64,000 bases of DNA from a virus (taxonomy: Duplodnaviria; Heunggongvirae; Uroviricota; Caudoviricetes). The DNA is taken from IMG/VR virus record IMGVR_UViG_3300045988_004821; one strand, given 5' to 3'. A program made the translations under genes and the position numbers. Below the pieces are notes generated by a model. That model did not search any database, was not told the origin of the DNA, and saw only the letters and a program-made list of their open reading frames with translations. Below are positions 37,368 through 47,472 of this stretch, in pieces (within the stretch, counting starts at the first letter, position 1; every line of letters starts with the position of its first letter).

Positions 37368-38098
37368 AAAACTGGAATCTTCGTTGTGGAAACACTCAAA
37401 AGCAACCCTACAGCAATGAGTATTGGGAATCTTTGAAATCTCAATCTCTATGTATGCTTGAAGAAGCAAAAGAGCTTGTAAAAGCAATTGAAGAGAAAGA
37501 CCCCATTGAGACACTGGATGCTCAGGCAGATTTGCAATATGTTCTTGACGGTTTGATTTACCTGTCACAACATGACCATAATGGTGCTATGGAAGCTGTT
37601 TGCCATAACAATGACCTAAAATACACAGACAACTATGAAGAAGCTTTAAAACGTCTTGCAGATATTGAGAAGCGTACTGGTCAAGAGTGTATCATCAGAA
37701 TGTCAGTAGTTGATGGCAAAGAATGGTATGCAATTGTTCGTGCAGCCGATGGGAAGATTATGAAGCAATCTAATCTCCCTAAAGTTCAGCTTGGTGAATA
37801 CATTGTAGAACTTGAAAGCCAAGAACTTTTTGTGGTAGTATCTGAGACATGCGTTATCTGCAAAGGTATTGTATGTAGCTTAAAGGATTTGGGTGTAGAT
37901 GGTTTTGTAGAAGTTAATCCAATTACCTCTAAAGCAGATAAAGATTTCTGTAAAGAGAATGGACTATGGATTGCAGATATTGTCTACTATGATGGTGAGC
38001 AGTTCCATGTAACCTCATACCCAAAACTGAATTATGATGCTAATAACCTGAAGTGCTGGTTAAAAGGGGTTGGTTATAATGGATTCACAGAACATTAA
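37343..38098 (+). CDS. putative MazG-like nucleotide pyrophosphohydrolase domain protein
   Basis: N-terminal LEEAKELVKAIEE...DLQYVLDGL resembles the MazG EExxE/D motif pair; C-terminal domain unknown. Confidence 0.35.
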   Translation: MFNSRESVKNWNLRCGNTQKQPYSNEYWESLKSQSLCMLEEAKELVKAIEEKDPIETLDAQADLQYVLDGLIYLSQHDHNGAMEAVCHNNDLKYTDNYEEALKRLADIEKRTGQECIIRMSVVDGKEWYAIVRAADGKIMKQSNLPKVQLGEYIVELESQELFVVVSETCVICKGIVCSLKDLGVDGFVEVNPITSKADKDFCKENGLWIADIVYYDGEQFHVTSYPKLNYDANNLKCWLKGVGYNGFTEH

Positions 38099-38402
38099 TA
38101 AAGAAGGTGTGGCTCAGAAGAGCCACTTCTCAAACTACAATATCTCTATGACGGTGTTTATGAATGACCCGTTACTTGAGAAGTATGGTGAGACTCCAGA
38201 TACACTTCTGGATAATGAACAAGTTTTAAAAGCAGTTCTGTACAAATACGGGATTGATATTGAGAAAGAGTATTCTTTTGAAATCTGTCAACACAGGAAT
38301 ACTTTTGGTAAAGTTGTAATGGCTCCACTCTTCATGGGTGTAGAAAGAACTGACTATGGTTGGTTATATCTAAAAAGAAACTTGGAGAAATACCGTGTCT
38401 AA
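38070..38402 (+). CDS. hypothetical protein
   Basis: 110-aa ORF. Confidence 0.3.
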   Translation: MVIMDSQNINKEGVAQKSHFSNYNISMTVFMNDPLLEKYGETPDTLLDNEQVLKAVLYKYGIDIEKEYSFEICQHRNTFGKVVMAPLFMGVERTDYGWLYLKRNLEKYRV

Positions 38403-38730
38403 AGCAAAAAAGCTATCTTATGATGACATTATCTCAGGTGCTAAATTAGGTGTTGATAGTATCGGACAAGATGTTAAGCACGGTGACACAGTTATGTACT
38501 GTGACGACCGAAGAGGCAGAAGTGCAATCTTGTTTGGAAGAATTGTTTGCAAGATGCGAGGTAATTACGTTGTTGCAGACATGGATGTGAATGTCACACA
38601 AAAACTTGAAACAATTATGGATGCTAGTGCACCGTCATGGTTCCTGAATTGTATGCACACCTCTTCAGTCACAAAAGTAAGTGATAAGTTTTACGATATG
38701 TGGCAGAATGAGCAAATTTTCAAGATTTAA
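38395..38730 (+). CDS. hypothetical protein
   Basis: 111-aa ORF followed by strong UUCG-loop terminator. Confidence 0.3.
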   Translation: MSKAKKLSYDDIISGAKLGVDSIGQDVKHGDTVMYCDDRRGRSAILFGRIVCKMRGNYVVADMDVNVTQKLETIMDASAPSWFLNCMHTSSVTKVSDKFYDMWQNEQIFKI

Positions 38731-38736
38731 ACTAGG

Positions 38737-38758
38737 GAGCCTCTTCGGAGGCTCTTTT
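38737..38758 (+). terminator. rho-independent terminator upstream of nrdA
   Basis: GAGCCTC-TTCG-GAGGCTC followed by TTTT. Confidence 0.65.
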
Positions 38759-38776
38759 CATCTGTAGGATTCAAAA

Positions 38777-41011
38777 ATGATTAAGACAATTAAAAAATCA
38801 AACGGTACAGTAGTAAGCTTTGACCCAGAAAGACTGAATAAGTGGGCATCATGGGCAGACAAGCGTGGAATCATCTGGTCAGAAGTCACTATGGAAGCCA
38901 TGAAACGTGTCTATGAAGGTTGCACCACAAAAGAGATGCACCAAGCCATGATTGATGTTTGTGTTGATAAACAAACTCAAGAGTACTCAGACATGGCTGG
39001 ACGGCTACTTCTGGGGATTATCTACAAAGAAGCCTTTGGAGGCTTTACTAAGGTTCCTACGCTGGTTACCTTCGTTAAAAATATGGAGAGAGCAGGACTT
39101 TGGGAGAAGATGGACTATTCTCAGGAAGAGCTTGAATATCTGCAAGGGTACATTGTGCACTCAAAAGATATCTCTTACGGCTATGCAGTGTTGAAACAGT
39201 TCAGAGATAAATATGGAATCCGTGATATTAAAACGGGAAGACTTTTTGAGTCACCACAATTTATGTTTATGGGTATGGCTATGAAAGCCTTCGAGAAGCA
39301 GCCAAAGCACCGTAGACTGCAAGATGTTATTAAGCTGTACACTTACCTATCTGACCTGAAGATTAACGCTCCTACGCCTTATCTGAATGGTTTACGTGCT
39401 ACTAAGTCAGGTTATGCGTCATGCTGCTTGATTAAAGCAAACGATACTGCTGAGTCACTTGGTATTGCTGCAAAGGTTGCTTATGATATGACCACAAAGC
39501 AAGCTGGTATTGGTATGCTGATGGAGACTCGCACTATTGGTGATGGTATCCGTCAAAACACTATCGAACACATGGGTAAACTACCTTATTACAAGCTTGT
39601 ACGTTCATCTGTAGAGGCAAATAAACAGAAGAGTCGTGGTGGTTCAGCTAACAACTTCTACACTGCTCTAGACCCGCAGATTGAAGATTTACTGCGTTTG
39701 AAGCACCCTACAACGGTTCCTTCGAAACGTATTAACGAGATGGACTACTCATTCGGTACAAATGATTATTTCTGGCAGTGTGTTCAGTATGATACAGATT
39801 GGTTGCTATTCTCTTACAAGGATGCACCAAAACTTTATGACATGTTCTACACAGCATCTGCTGATGAGTTTGCTATGGCAGTTGGTCACGCAGTACATTC
39901 AGGTGTTAAGCACAGACGAGTAAAGGCTCGTGAAATTGCCAAACTGTTTATTCAACAGCGTTATGCTACAGGTCGTGTGTATCCATTCTTCACTAACAAC
40001 GCAAACACACATACACCATTTAAAGAACCATTGAAGATGTCAAATCTTTGTATGGAAATTGTATTGCCAGTGTATGGTTTTGAGAAAGAGACAGACCTTT
40101 ACAGAGACGATGCTGTGAAAGAGGATGGTGAGGTGGCTCTTTGCTTCCTAGCTAGTTTGGTTGCAGGGAGAATTTCAGAAGATGAATACGCTGACGTTGC
40201 TTATTATGCTCTTGCAATGGTTGACTCCGTTATTGACCTTATGGATTATCCGTATCCGTCGATGCGTAACCATGTTCAGAAGCGTCGTTCTGTTGGGATT
40301 GGCCTTACAAATGTGGCTCATTACCTTGCGAAGAACTACGTGAACTACTCTTCACGAGCAGGTAAAACGAAACTCCATGAACTGGCAGAGATGCACTCTT
40401 ACTACTTACACGAAGCTTCTTTAAGACTTGCTAAAGAACGTGGTGTACCTGAGTATATGCAGTTCACTAAGTACCCTGAAGGTTGGGTTCCTCCGAAGAC
40501 AGCTAACAGGAAGATTGATGAGAAGCATGATGCAAAACTTCGTTATGATTGGGATGACTTAGCACAACGCATTAAAGAAAATGGTGGAATCCGCAACTCT
40601 GTATTAGAAGCTTACATGCCTAATGAGAGTTCTTCACTAGCAACTAATACGACAAATGGCTTGTACCCAATTCGTGACTTTATTTTAACTAAAAAGTCTG
40701 CAACTGGTAACGTGCTGTTTATTGTTCCAGATTATGAAGAGTTGAAGTATGTATATGAAATTGCTTGGGGTATTGACACCTTTGACCTGATTGATTGTTA
40801 TGCAATTGTTCAAAAGTTCACTGGTCAAGCTATCTCTTCAGATTTCTATGTTGACTACGCAAAAGCTAAGAAGGTATCATTGGCTCAAGCTTTGAAGTAC
40901 ATGATTTATGCCAACTCGGTAGGTATGAAAACCATGTACTACCTTAACAGTCGCATTGGTGTAGGTAAATCTGCACTGCAAGATGCTTATTGCGAGGGCT
41001 GTGGTGTTTAG
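38777..41011 (+). CDS. nrdA: ribonucleotide reductase large subunit (class I)
   Basis: 744 aa with N-terminal ATP-cone-like region; followed by nrdB-like and glutaredoxin-like genes. Confidence 0.85.
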   Translation: MIKTIKKSNGTVVSFDPERLNKWASWADKRGIIWSEVTMEAMKRVYEGCTTKEMHQAMIDVCVDKQTQEYSDMAGRLLLGIIYKEAFGGFTKVPTLVTFVKNMERAGLWEKMDYSQEELEYLQGYIVHSKDISYGYAVLKQFRDKYGIRDIKTGRLFESPQFMFMGMAMKAFEKQPKHRRLQDVIKLYTYLSDLKINAPTPYLNGLRATKSGYASCCLIKANDTAESLGIAAKVAYDMTTKQAGIGMLMETRTIGDGIRQNTIEHMGKLPYYKLVRSSVEANKQKSRGGSANNFYTALDPQIEDLLRLKHPTTVPSKRINEMDYSFGTNDYFWQCVQYDTDWLLFSYKDAPKLYDMFYTASADEFAMAVGHAVHSGVKHRRVKAREIAKLFIQQRYATGRVYPFFTNNANTHTPFKEPLKMSNLCMEIVLPVYGFEKETDLYRDDAVKEDGEVALCFLASLVAGRISEDEYADVAYYALAMVDSVIDLMDYPYPSMRNHVQKRRSVGIGLTNVAHYLAKNYVNYSSRAGKTKLHELAEMHSYYLHEASLRLAKERGVPEYMQFTKYPEGWVPPKTANRKIDEKHDAKLRYDWDDLAQRIKENGGIRNSVLEAYMPNESSSLATNTTNGLYPIRDFILTKKSATGNVLFIVPDYEELKYVYEIAWGIDTFDLIDCYAIVQKFTGQAISSDFYVDYAKAKKVSLAQALKYMIYANSVGMKTMYYLNSRIGVGKSALQDAYCEGCGV

Positions 41012-41066
41012 TTTTAATAACTATGAGGGTCGTAAAAGACCCTCTAAAAATAACTTTGGAGAGACC

Positions 41067-41324
41067 ATGAAAGATTTAATAGAAAAACATGAGCGACCAA
41101 TATACTTGCTCTACAAACCCCGCAAAACATTGTACTATGTGAGCAGCACAGGTATCATGATAAAGCAGAATGATGACTTATGGGTCACTGGAGCCTCTTA
41201 CATCTCTACAGCAGATGGTAAAATCTACGCAAGACCTTATGAGATGTTTAACAAAGAAAATTGGGAAGTTTTAGACAGAAAACAAGCCTTAGAAATGATA
41301 AAGAAAGGAGAAATCACGCTATGA
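41067..41324 (+). CDS. hypothetical small protein between nrdA and nrdB
   Basis: Start set at MKDLIEK with RBS GGAGA (track start 40983 overlaps nrdA). Confidence 0.3.
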   Translation: MKDLIEKHERPIYLLYKPRKTLYYVSSTGIMIKQNDDLWVTGASYISTADGKIYARPYEMFNKENWEVLDRKQALEMIKKGEITL

Positions 41325-42394
41325 TTAACCAGCACCCAATCTTTTTAGGTGGTGAGAGAAAAACTTTTGACTCACTTAATAAGCACTACCCAAAAATCTT
41401 TGAACTTTATAAACAACAAAAAGCACAAGACTGGTCAGAAGATGAGTTCCCTTTTGAACAATCACGTCTTGATTTTGAGAGTGTGCCAGCATCAATGTCA
41501 GGTGTAATGCTTGAGATTCTTAAGTGGCAGTGGGAAGCAGATACCCAAGTTGCTAAGAGTTTAGCGTTTGCCTTTGCACCATTCATCTCTGATGACATTT
41601 ATGCAACTGCGATTATGAAGCAGTCTGAGATTGAAAACCTACATGCCCTTACTTACTCAGAGATTGTAAGGCAATGTATTAAAAATCCTGAAACAATCTT
41701 AGATGAGATTAACCAGAACATTGCTGTACAAGACCGATTAAAAACTGTGAATCGTGTTCTTGAAGAATTACTGGATGAAGGTATAAACTATCGACTGAGT
41801 TATGTCCGTGACTCACTTCTGGATAAAGACCCTTTGCACTTCCATAAAGTGATTCTAAAAGGTCTATTTGCAGTGACTGCACTGGAAGGAATATCTTTTA
41901 TGGCATCCTTTGCATGTACTTTTGCACTTGATGCTCAAGATAAATTTCAAGGTATTGCTCAAGCTGTCCAGAAAATTATGCTTGACGAAATCCTTCACAC
42001 TAAAATTGATATTGAAGTTTTAAAAGAAACTTTAAGAGATGATGAGTGGCAAAAAGCTTTCCAACAAATTCTTCCAGAGATTAAAGTAATCTTAGATGAA
42101 GTAGTTGAAAGTGAAGAGAAATGGTCGTATTATATCTTCTCCGAAGGACGTGCTGTAGTTGGGTTAAATACAAAGCTTCTTCATGAGTGGGTTTACTATA
42201 ATGCTGCCCCACTGTATGATATGTTTGGCATTCCCAGAGATTTTGTAGCTCCTAAAGAACCACCTTTGAAGTACATGATTAAGAAGATGGAAATTGATAA
42301 AGAGCAGAATGCTAATCAGGAGCAACAGAATGGTGCGTACCTATTGAATACTGTTGTAGATGATTTGAATAGTGGATTTTTAGAGGTTCCTTAA
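41321..42394 (+). CDS. nrdB: ribonucleotide reductase small subunit (class I)
   Basis: Size and position fit R2 subunit; start set at MINQHP with RBS AAAGGAG (track start 41261). Confidence 0.8.
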   Translation: MINQHPIFLGGERKTFDSLNKHYPKIFELYKQQKAQDWSEDEFPFEQSRLDFESVPASMSGVMLEILKWQWEADTQVAKSLAFAFAPFISDDIYATAIMKQSEIENLHALTYSEIVRQCIKNPETILDEINQNIAVQDRLKTVNRVLEELLDEGINYRLSYVRDSLLDKDPLHFHKVILKGLFAVTALEGISFMASFACTFALDAQDKFQGIAQAVQKIMLDEILHTKIDIEVLKETLRDDEWQKAFQQILPEIKVILDEVVESEEKWSYYIFSEGRAVVGLNTKLLHEWVYYNAAPLYDMFGIPRDFVAPKEPPLKYMIKKMEIDKEQNANQEQQNGAYLLNTVVDDLNSGFLEVP

Positions 42395-42636
42395 TGACTT
42401 ATGTAATTTACTCCAAAACTGGATGCCCTCAGTGTGAGACTGCAAAGAATTTTGCGAAAGCTCGTGGTATTGACCATGTTGTGAGAATGTTAGGGCAGGA
42501 CTATGAACTATCAGACCTGATTGATATTGCACAGATGCCAGTTCGTCAGATGCCATTCATCATGAAAACTGATGGTCAAAATCTAAAACCTGTTGGGACG
42601 CTACAGAATTTTATGGCAGAGGTGAATAATGCTTAA
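42394..42636 (+). CDS. glutaredoxin-like protein
   Basis: 80 aa with CPQC active-site motif after YSKTG; linked to RNR genes. Confidence 0.6.
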   Translation: MTYVIYSKTGCPQCETAKNFAKARGIDHVVRMLGQDYELSDLIDIAQMPVRQMPFIMKTDGQNLKPVGTLQNFMAEVNNA

Positions 42637-42835
42637 ACGCATTTGGGAAGGTTTGGTTGTTGATGCACCAGCTATTGTGATTGGTATGCTTATCGTTAAC
42701 CTATTTACTGATTTTGAACAAGGTTCATTGTTTGGAGCCATGTTACTATGGGTTATCTTTGAAATATTAGAGATACAGTTAGGCATCACTGAAAAACTGA
42801 GAAAACTCGTTTCTAAGTTTTCTAAAAAGATTTAG
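42629..42835 (+). CDS. hypothetical small membrane protein
   Basis: Two hydrophobic segments; followed by UUCG-loop terminator. Confidence 0.3.
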   Translation: MLKRIWEGLVVDAPAIVIGMLIVNLFTDFEQGSLFGAMLLWVIFEILEIQLGITEKLRKLVSKFSKKI

Positions 42836-42842
42836 AATGAAA

Positions 42843-42864
42843 GGGTCTCTTCGGAGACCTTTTT
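42843..42864 (+). terminator. rho-independent terminator between glutaredoxin region and nrdD
   Basis: GGTCTC-TTCG-GAGACC followed by TTTTT. Confidence 0.6.
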
Positions 42865-42883
42865 AGCATGTAAAGGGGCAATA

Positions 42884-45028
42884 ATGAACAAAGTACAGAT
42901 TATTAAAAAGAACGGCTCACTTGAAGAACCTGATATCAAAAAAGTTTTAGCAGCAGTAGCTAAGTCAGCTAACAGGGTTGGATATAAAGAACTTCCACCA
43001 GATGTTACCCAAGCTCTTGAGTCAGCATTCATGAGGATTTTGGTAAAGTCCACTAAGCAGAATAATTTGCTTATCTCGGTAAATGATATTCACAGTATTG
43101 TTGAAGGTGCTTTGGCAGAAGTTAATCACGAGATTTATGAGTCTTACTCAACATACAGAAATTACCGTAAAGAGGTTGCTCAAAATTGGGATGAACTCTA
43201 CCAGAAGACTAAAGATACACTCTTCTTAGGTGACCGTGAAAATGCTAACTTTGACAGCAGTTTAATTTCTACGAAAGGTTCAATTATCCGTGGTTACCTG
43301 ACTAAAGAAATCTTTAAACAATACCATTTAACACCAGAGGAACTTGAAGCCATTGAAAAAGGGTTTATCTACATCCATGACTTAAGAGACCTAATTTTTG
43401 GTGGTATTAACTGTTGCTTGTTTGACATTGGTAAAGTACTGAAAGGTGGCTTTGAAATGTCTGGCATCGAATACTGTGAACCGAAGTCTGTGCTGTCAGC
43501 CTTACAGGTTATTGGTGATGTAGTTCTTTCAGCAACTGCACAGCAATTTGGTGGCTTTACTTTAGCAGAGATTGATAAGGTACTTGTACCGTATGCTAAG
43601 AAGTCTCTACGCTATCATGCTGAGAAAGCAGCATCTTATGGTATTCCTAAAGAACATTACCATAATTATGTCATGGAGCAGCTACAGATTGAATTAACTC
43701 AAGGTTTTCAGTCACTTGAAATGAAGCTAAACACTGTACCTTGTAGTCGTGGGGATTTTGCATTCACAACTTTAACATTTGGGTTGCTCGACTCAGATAT
43801 GTCTAATGAAGACAACCGACTACAATACATGATTGCAAGTACTCTCCTAGATGTTCGTATGAATGGACAAGGTAAGAGCAAGAAGCCTGTTGTATTTCCT
43901 AAACTGGTTTATATTTATGACCAGAAGAGACACGATGAGAATATCTGTCAAGGACACCTGTACAGTAAAGCTATAGAGTGTTGCTCTAAAGCGATGTATC
44001 CAGATTTCTTAAGTGTATCTGGTCATGGTGCTGTAGCAGAAGCTTTTGAGCGTTCTGGCAAGGTTATTTCGCCGATGGGTTGCCGAGCGTTCTTATCTCC
44101 GTATCTTAACGAGAATGGGGAAGAGTTCTACGTTGGTCGTGCTAACATTGGTGCTGTATCTTTGAACTTACCAATGATTTACCAGTATTCTAAAGAGAAC
44201 GGTTTAGATTTCTGGAAAGAGCTTGATAAGTACCTAGAAATGATTCGCAGCTTCCACAAGAAACGTTACGAAATGATTGCTAATATGCCAGCAAGTTCTA
44301 ACCCTCTTGCATTTACACAAGGTGGTCTGTATAAAGGAACTAAGAAGCCTACTGACAGGGTTGGCTGGGATATTGTGAAGTCCTTCACAGCTTCTTTTGG
44401 GGTTACTGCGCTTGATGAGTTATCTGTTCTTGCTGAAGGTAAACGACTTCATGAAGTTGGAAGCTATAGTTTTGCATACGATGTTCTGGCGTACATCAAC
44501 ATGAAAACTGAAGAGTTTAAAAATGAAGATGGTTTCTTATATGCAGTCTATGGCACTCCAGCAGAATCACTATGTGGGACTCAGCTAAAACAGTTCAGAG
44601 ATATGTTTGGGGTTATCAAAGGTGTTTCCGATAAGGAATACTTTACAAACAGTTTCCATATGAATGTTGTAGCAGACATCTCACCATTTGAGAAGCAGGA
44701 CTTAGAAGAGCCATTCTTCCATATCTGTAGAGGCGGTAGAATCCAGTATGTAAGAGTAGCTAACCCAGAAAACTTATCAGCACTTAAAAGTTGTATTACT
44801 AGAGGGATGTTGAAGGGTTTTTATCAGGGACTTAACTTTGACTTAGCAATCTGTGAACATTGTGGTAACAGACCAAAGGCTGATGTTGAAGAATGTGAGG
44901 TTTGCCATTCACATGATATCTCTGTGATTAACAGGGTGTGCGGGTACTTGTCATTCACAAAAATTAAAGGTCAGTCTCGAATGAATGACGCTAAGATGGC
45001 AGAAATTAAGGATAGGGTTTCTATGTAG
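42884..45028 (+). CDS. nrdD: anaerobic ribonucleotide reductase (class III)
   Basis: 714 aa; C-terminal glycine-radical motif RVCGYLS; Cys-rich zinc site CEHCG...CEVCH; activase gene downstream. Confidence 0.85.
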   Translation: MNKVQIIKKNGSLEEPDIKKVLAAVAKSANRVGYKELPPDVTQALESAFMRILVKSTKQNNLLISVNDIHSIVEGALAEVNHEIYESYSTYRNYRKEVAQNWDELYQKTKDTLFLGDRENANFDSSLISTKGSIIRGYLTKEIFKQYHLTPEELEAIEKGFIYIHDLRDLIFGGINCCLFDIGKVLKGGFEMSGIEYCEPKSVLSALQVIGDVVLSATAQQFGGFTLAEIDKVLVPYAKKSLRYHAEKAASYGIPKEHYHNYVMEQLQIELTQGFQSLEMKLNTVPCSRGDFAFTTLTFGLLDSDMSNEDNRLQYMIASTLLDVRMNGQGKSKKPVVFPKLVYIYDQKRHDENICQGHLYSKAIECCSKAMYPDFLSVSGHGAVAEAFERSGKVISPMGCRAFLSPYLNENGEEFYVGRANIGAVSLNLPMIYQYSKENGLDFWKELDKYLEMIRSFHKKRYEMIANMPASSNPLAFTQGGLYKGTKKPTDRVGWDIVKSFTASFGVTALDELSVLAEGKRLHEVGSYSFAYDVLAYINMKTEEFKNEDGFLYAVYGTPAESLCGTQLKQFRDMFGVIKGVSDKEYFTNSFHMNVVADISPFEKQDLEEPFFHICRGGRIQYVRVANPENLSALKSCITRGMLKGFYQGLNFDLAICEHCGNRPKADVEECEVCHSHDISVINRVCGYLSFTKIKGQSRMNDAKMAEIKDRVSM

Positions 45029-45035
45029 AATACAA

Positions 45036-45608
45036 ATGAATTACGAACTAATATATAATGCAATTATTAAAAAGGCACATTCTGAAAGGGGTGTGCCTCT
45101 CACATACTACAAATGTCAAGGTAAGGGTTATGAAAGACACCATATCATACCAGTATGTCTAGGTGGCGATAAAATTAGTGGAGATAACATTGCTTTACTT
45201 ACACCTAGAGAGCATTATATAGCTCATAAATTACTGGTTAAGATGTATCCAAACAATCATAAGTTATGGTTTGCATGGAGCAGGTTAGCTCATGATGGCC
45301 TAGATAGGAAAATATCATCCAGAGACTATGAAAAGGTAAGGGCTTTAAACTCGAAAGCTCTATCGATTGTGAATAAAGGTAGGGTTTTCACTGAAGAGCA
45401 TCGAAGACGATTAGGAGAAGCTCAAATAGGTAATACAAAGTCAAAAGGTTGTAAAAGGTCTATGGAAACAAGGAAGAAGATGTCAGAAGCCGGAAAAAAG
45501 CCAAAGAAAAAGAAAACTTGCCCGCATTGTGGCATGACTGGTGGTGCTGGTAACATGACTCGATATCATTTTGACAATTGTAAGAAAAAAAAAAATAACC
45601 TTATGTAA
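45036..45608 (+). CDS. HNH homing endonuclease
   Basis: HNH motif YERHHIIPVCLGGDKISGDNIALLTPREHYIAH; inserted between nrdD and nrdG; start set at MNYELIY (track start 44985). Confidence 0.7.
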   Translation: MNYELIYNAIIKKAHSERGVPLTYYKCQGKGYERHHIIPVCLGGDKISGDNIALLTPREHYIAHKLLVKMYPNNHKLWFAWSRLAHDGLDRKISSRDYEKVRALNSKALSIVNKGRVFTEEHRRRLGEAQIGNTKSKGCKRSMETRKKMSEAGKKPKKKKTCPHCGMTGGAGNMTRYHFDNCKKKKNNLM

Positions 45609-45619
45609 AACTTGACAAG

Positions 45620-46006
45620 GTGGTGTGGGTCTTGATAGGCTTACATCACCTTTTTATTTGGAGTTACATTATGGACTTGTGGCTTTATGTAGCAGTTTGT
45701 GGGATTGTATGTCTGATAATCTTATTTATTCTTGGAATAATGCGATTTAGAGACATCATACAGTCAGATTTTTTGCCTGAGTTTGCCATGATGGTTGGAG
45801 TTATTGCACTTTGTGTCTTGGCGGTGTTCTATTCATACAAAACTGTGATATGGATGAAGTCAAACAATTGTGTAAAAACTCATCAACATCGTGAGGTTAC
45901 TTATTTTGTGAGTGTACTTAGTGGGAACACCACTGTACTTGTCCCACAAACTTCTGTAGAGTATCTTTACACATGTGATAATGGTAAAACTATATGGTGG
46001 AATTAA
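45620..46006 (+). CDS. hypothetical membrane protein
   Basis: Several hydrophobic helices (e.g. LWLYVAVCGIVCLIILFILGI). Confidence 0.3.
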   Translation: MVWVLIGLHHLFIWSYIMDLWLYVAVCGIVCLIILFILGIMRFRDIIQSDFLPEFAMMVGVIALCVLAVFYSYKTVIWMKSNNCVKTHQHREVTYFVSVLSGNTTVLVPQTSVEYLYTCDNGKTIWWN

Positions 46007-46209
46007 CAATGGCAACACTCTTAAAGGTATTGACACCCACACTACACATAGTAATCTTCTTCTTTGGTGTTAGTGTTATGGTATGGGGTTTTTCAGACCC
46101 ACAATGGAATTTCTCATATCATGGTCAGATGGATTTATGGTCATGCTTCAAACCATTTTTAGGGTTAGCTATAGCATTCAGTGCATTACCAACTAAGGTG
46201 AGATTATGA
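45994..46209 (+). CDS. hypothetical small membrane protein
   Basis: Two hydrophobic segments. Confidence 0.25.
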   Translation: MVELTMATLLKVLTPTLHIVIFFFGVSVMVWGFSDPQWNFSYHGQMDLWSCFKPFLGLAIAFSALPTKVRL

Positions 46210-46601
46210 TTAAGTTGAACCAAAAACAATTAGAGTGGATTAAAGATTACGCCTCAGAGTGTGGCTCTTGCGAAAAGAATCATGTAAGATACTCAACATT
46301 CCACACAGTATTCACATTGTATATTGGCGACAACGTTCTAAGTGATTCTGTAGAAGATGGTGTAGCATTGCCTAATGAATTACTTGATAAACTAGCTGTA
46401 GTCTCTGGAACTTGGTCTGAAGAAGATGGTCACGAACTCTCTGATGATGTTGTATTCTACACCCTTGAAAACATCATGAATCCAGAGTACATTATGCTAA
46501 TGACTTGCGCACAAGATTGTGTACCATTACAAAACTTCATTAAAGAGTACTGTGAAGAATTTATTACTAAACAGGTTCCTTGTCAGGTGGTGTTTGAATG
46601 A
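46206..46601 (+). CDS. hypothetical acidic protein
   Basis: 131-aa ORF, Asp/Glu-rich. Confidence 0.3.
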   Translation: MIKLNQKQLEWIKDYASECGSCEKNHVRYSTFHTVFTLYIGDNVLSDSVEDGVALPNELLDKLAVVSGTWSEEDGHELSDDVVFYTLENIMNPEYIMLMTCAQDCVPLQNFIKEYCEEFITKQVPCQVVFE

Positions 46602-46897
46602 GTAAAACAATTCGAAGAAAAGGTTTAAAGAACGTTCATGGACTTTATGAGTGGAGAAATGAGGTACGTAACAGAGAAAATGCTTCAGATGTCTACTTCC
46701 ATTCTGATATGATGTCCAGAAAAGGTGGCTCTTATGACTTTACAAGTCAGCCTTGTAGAGAGATTAAGAAGGCTACTAAACGTCTTACAAGAACACAAAT
46801 AAGGCAGCTTTCTAAGACATCCTTCTTAGATGAAGACTTTGACATTGACAGTAAGTCTCCGAAGAAAGCTGCAAAGAACACTTATATGTATTGGTGA
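46598..46897 (+). CDS. hypothetical protein
   Basis: 99-aa ORF. Confidence 0.3.
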   Translation: MSKTIRRKGLKNVHGLYEWRNEVRNRENASDVYFHSDMMSRKGGSYDFTSQPCREIKKATKRLTRTQIRQLSKTSFLDEDFDIDSKSPKKAAKNTYMYW

Positions 46898-46906
46898 GGT
46901 AACTAG

Positions 46907-47392
46907 ATGAATTACATGGAGATTCGACCATTTGACACAGCTAATGGTGAAGGGGTTCGTGTAAGCCTCTTCGTAGCTGGTTGTAAGCATCACTGTGAAG
47001 GCTGCTTTAATAAGGAATCTTGGAAGTTTAATGCTGGTAAAGAGTTCACTTATGCAAACCTTTATGGCATCATTAAGTTAATGGATGATAATGCCATCAG
47101 TGGGCTGTCAATACTTGGTGGAGAACCTCTAGATGATAGAAATATTCAAGAGGTTACCAACATATGCAAACGTATTAAAACCGTTTACCCAGAAAAATCT
47201 ATCTGGCTCTGGACAGGTTTTCAGTTACATGAAAAAATTCACCTTGATGTGATGAAATATGTTGACGTGGTGATTGATGGTAAGTATGATTCATCTAAAC
47301 CAACAGTTAAACCGTATCGTGGTTCAGATAACCAAAACCTCTGGAGAAAAGAGTACGGATGGCAAGGTGATTGTCAGTGGAGAGCAGAGTGA
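46907..47392 (+). CDS. nrdG: anaerobic ribonucleotide reductase activating protein (radical SAM)
   Basis: N-terminal radical-SAM cluster motif CKHHCEGC (CxxxCxxC); about 160 aa. Confidence 0.8.
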   Translation: MNYMEIRPFDTANGEGVRVSLFVAGCKHHCEGCFNKESWKFNAGKEFTYANLYGIIKLMDDNAISGLSILGGEPLDDRNIQEVTNICKRIKTVYPEKSIWLWTGFQLHEKIHLDVMKYVDVVIDGKYDSSKPTVKPYRGSDNQNLWRKEYGWQGDCQWRAE

Positions 47393-47472
47393 TTATTCTG
47401 GCAAATGGACTAAGGTATAACTCCAATTGGTATCACTGAAGAAGAACTTAATAAGTTCTGTATTAAACTTTA

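Noticed and set aside
41261-42394. Longer nrdB start at 41261 (also 44985 for the HNH gene, 29719 for the polymerase, 25524 for the ligase)
   Set aside because: Each longer version overlaps the upstream gene or lacks an RBS, while an internal ATG has a good SD; internal starts preferred, with moderate uncertainty.
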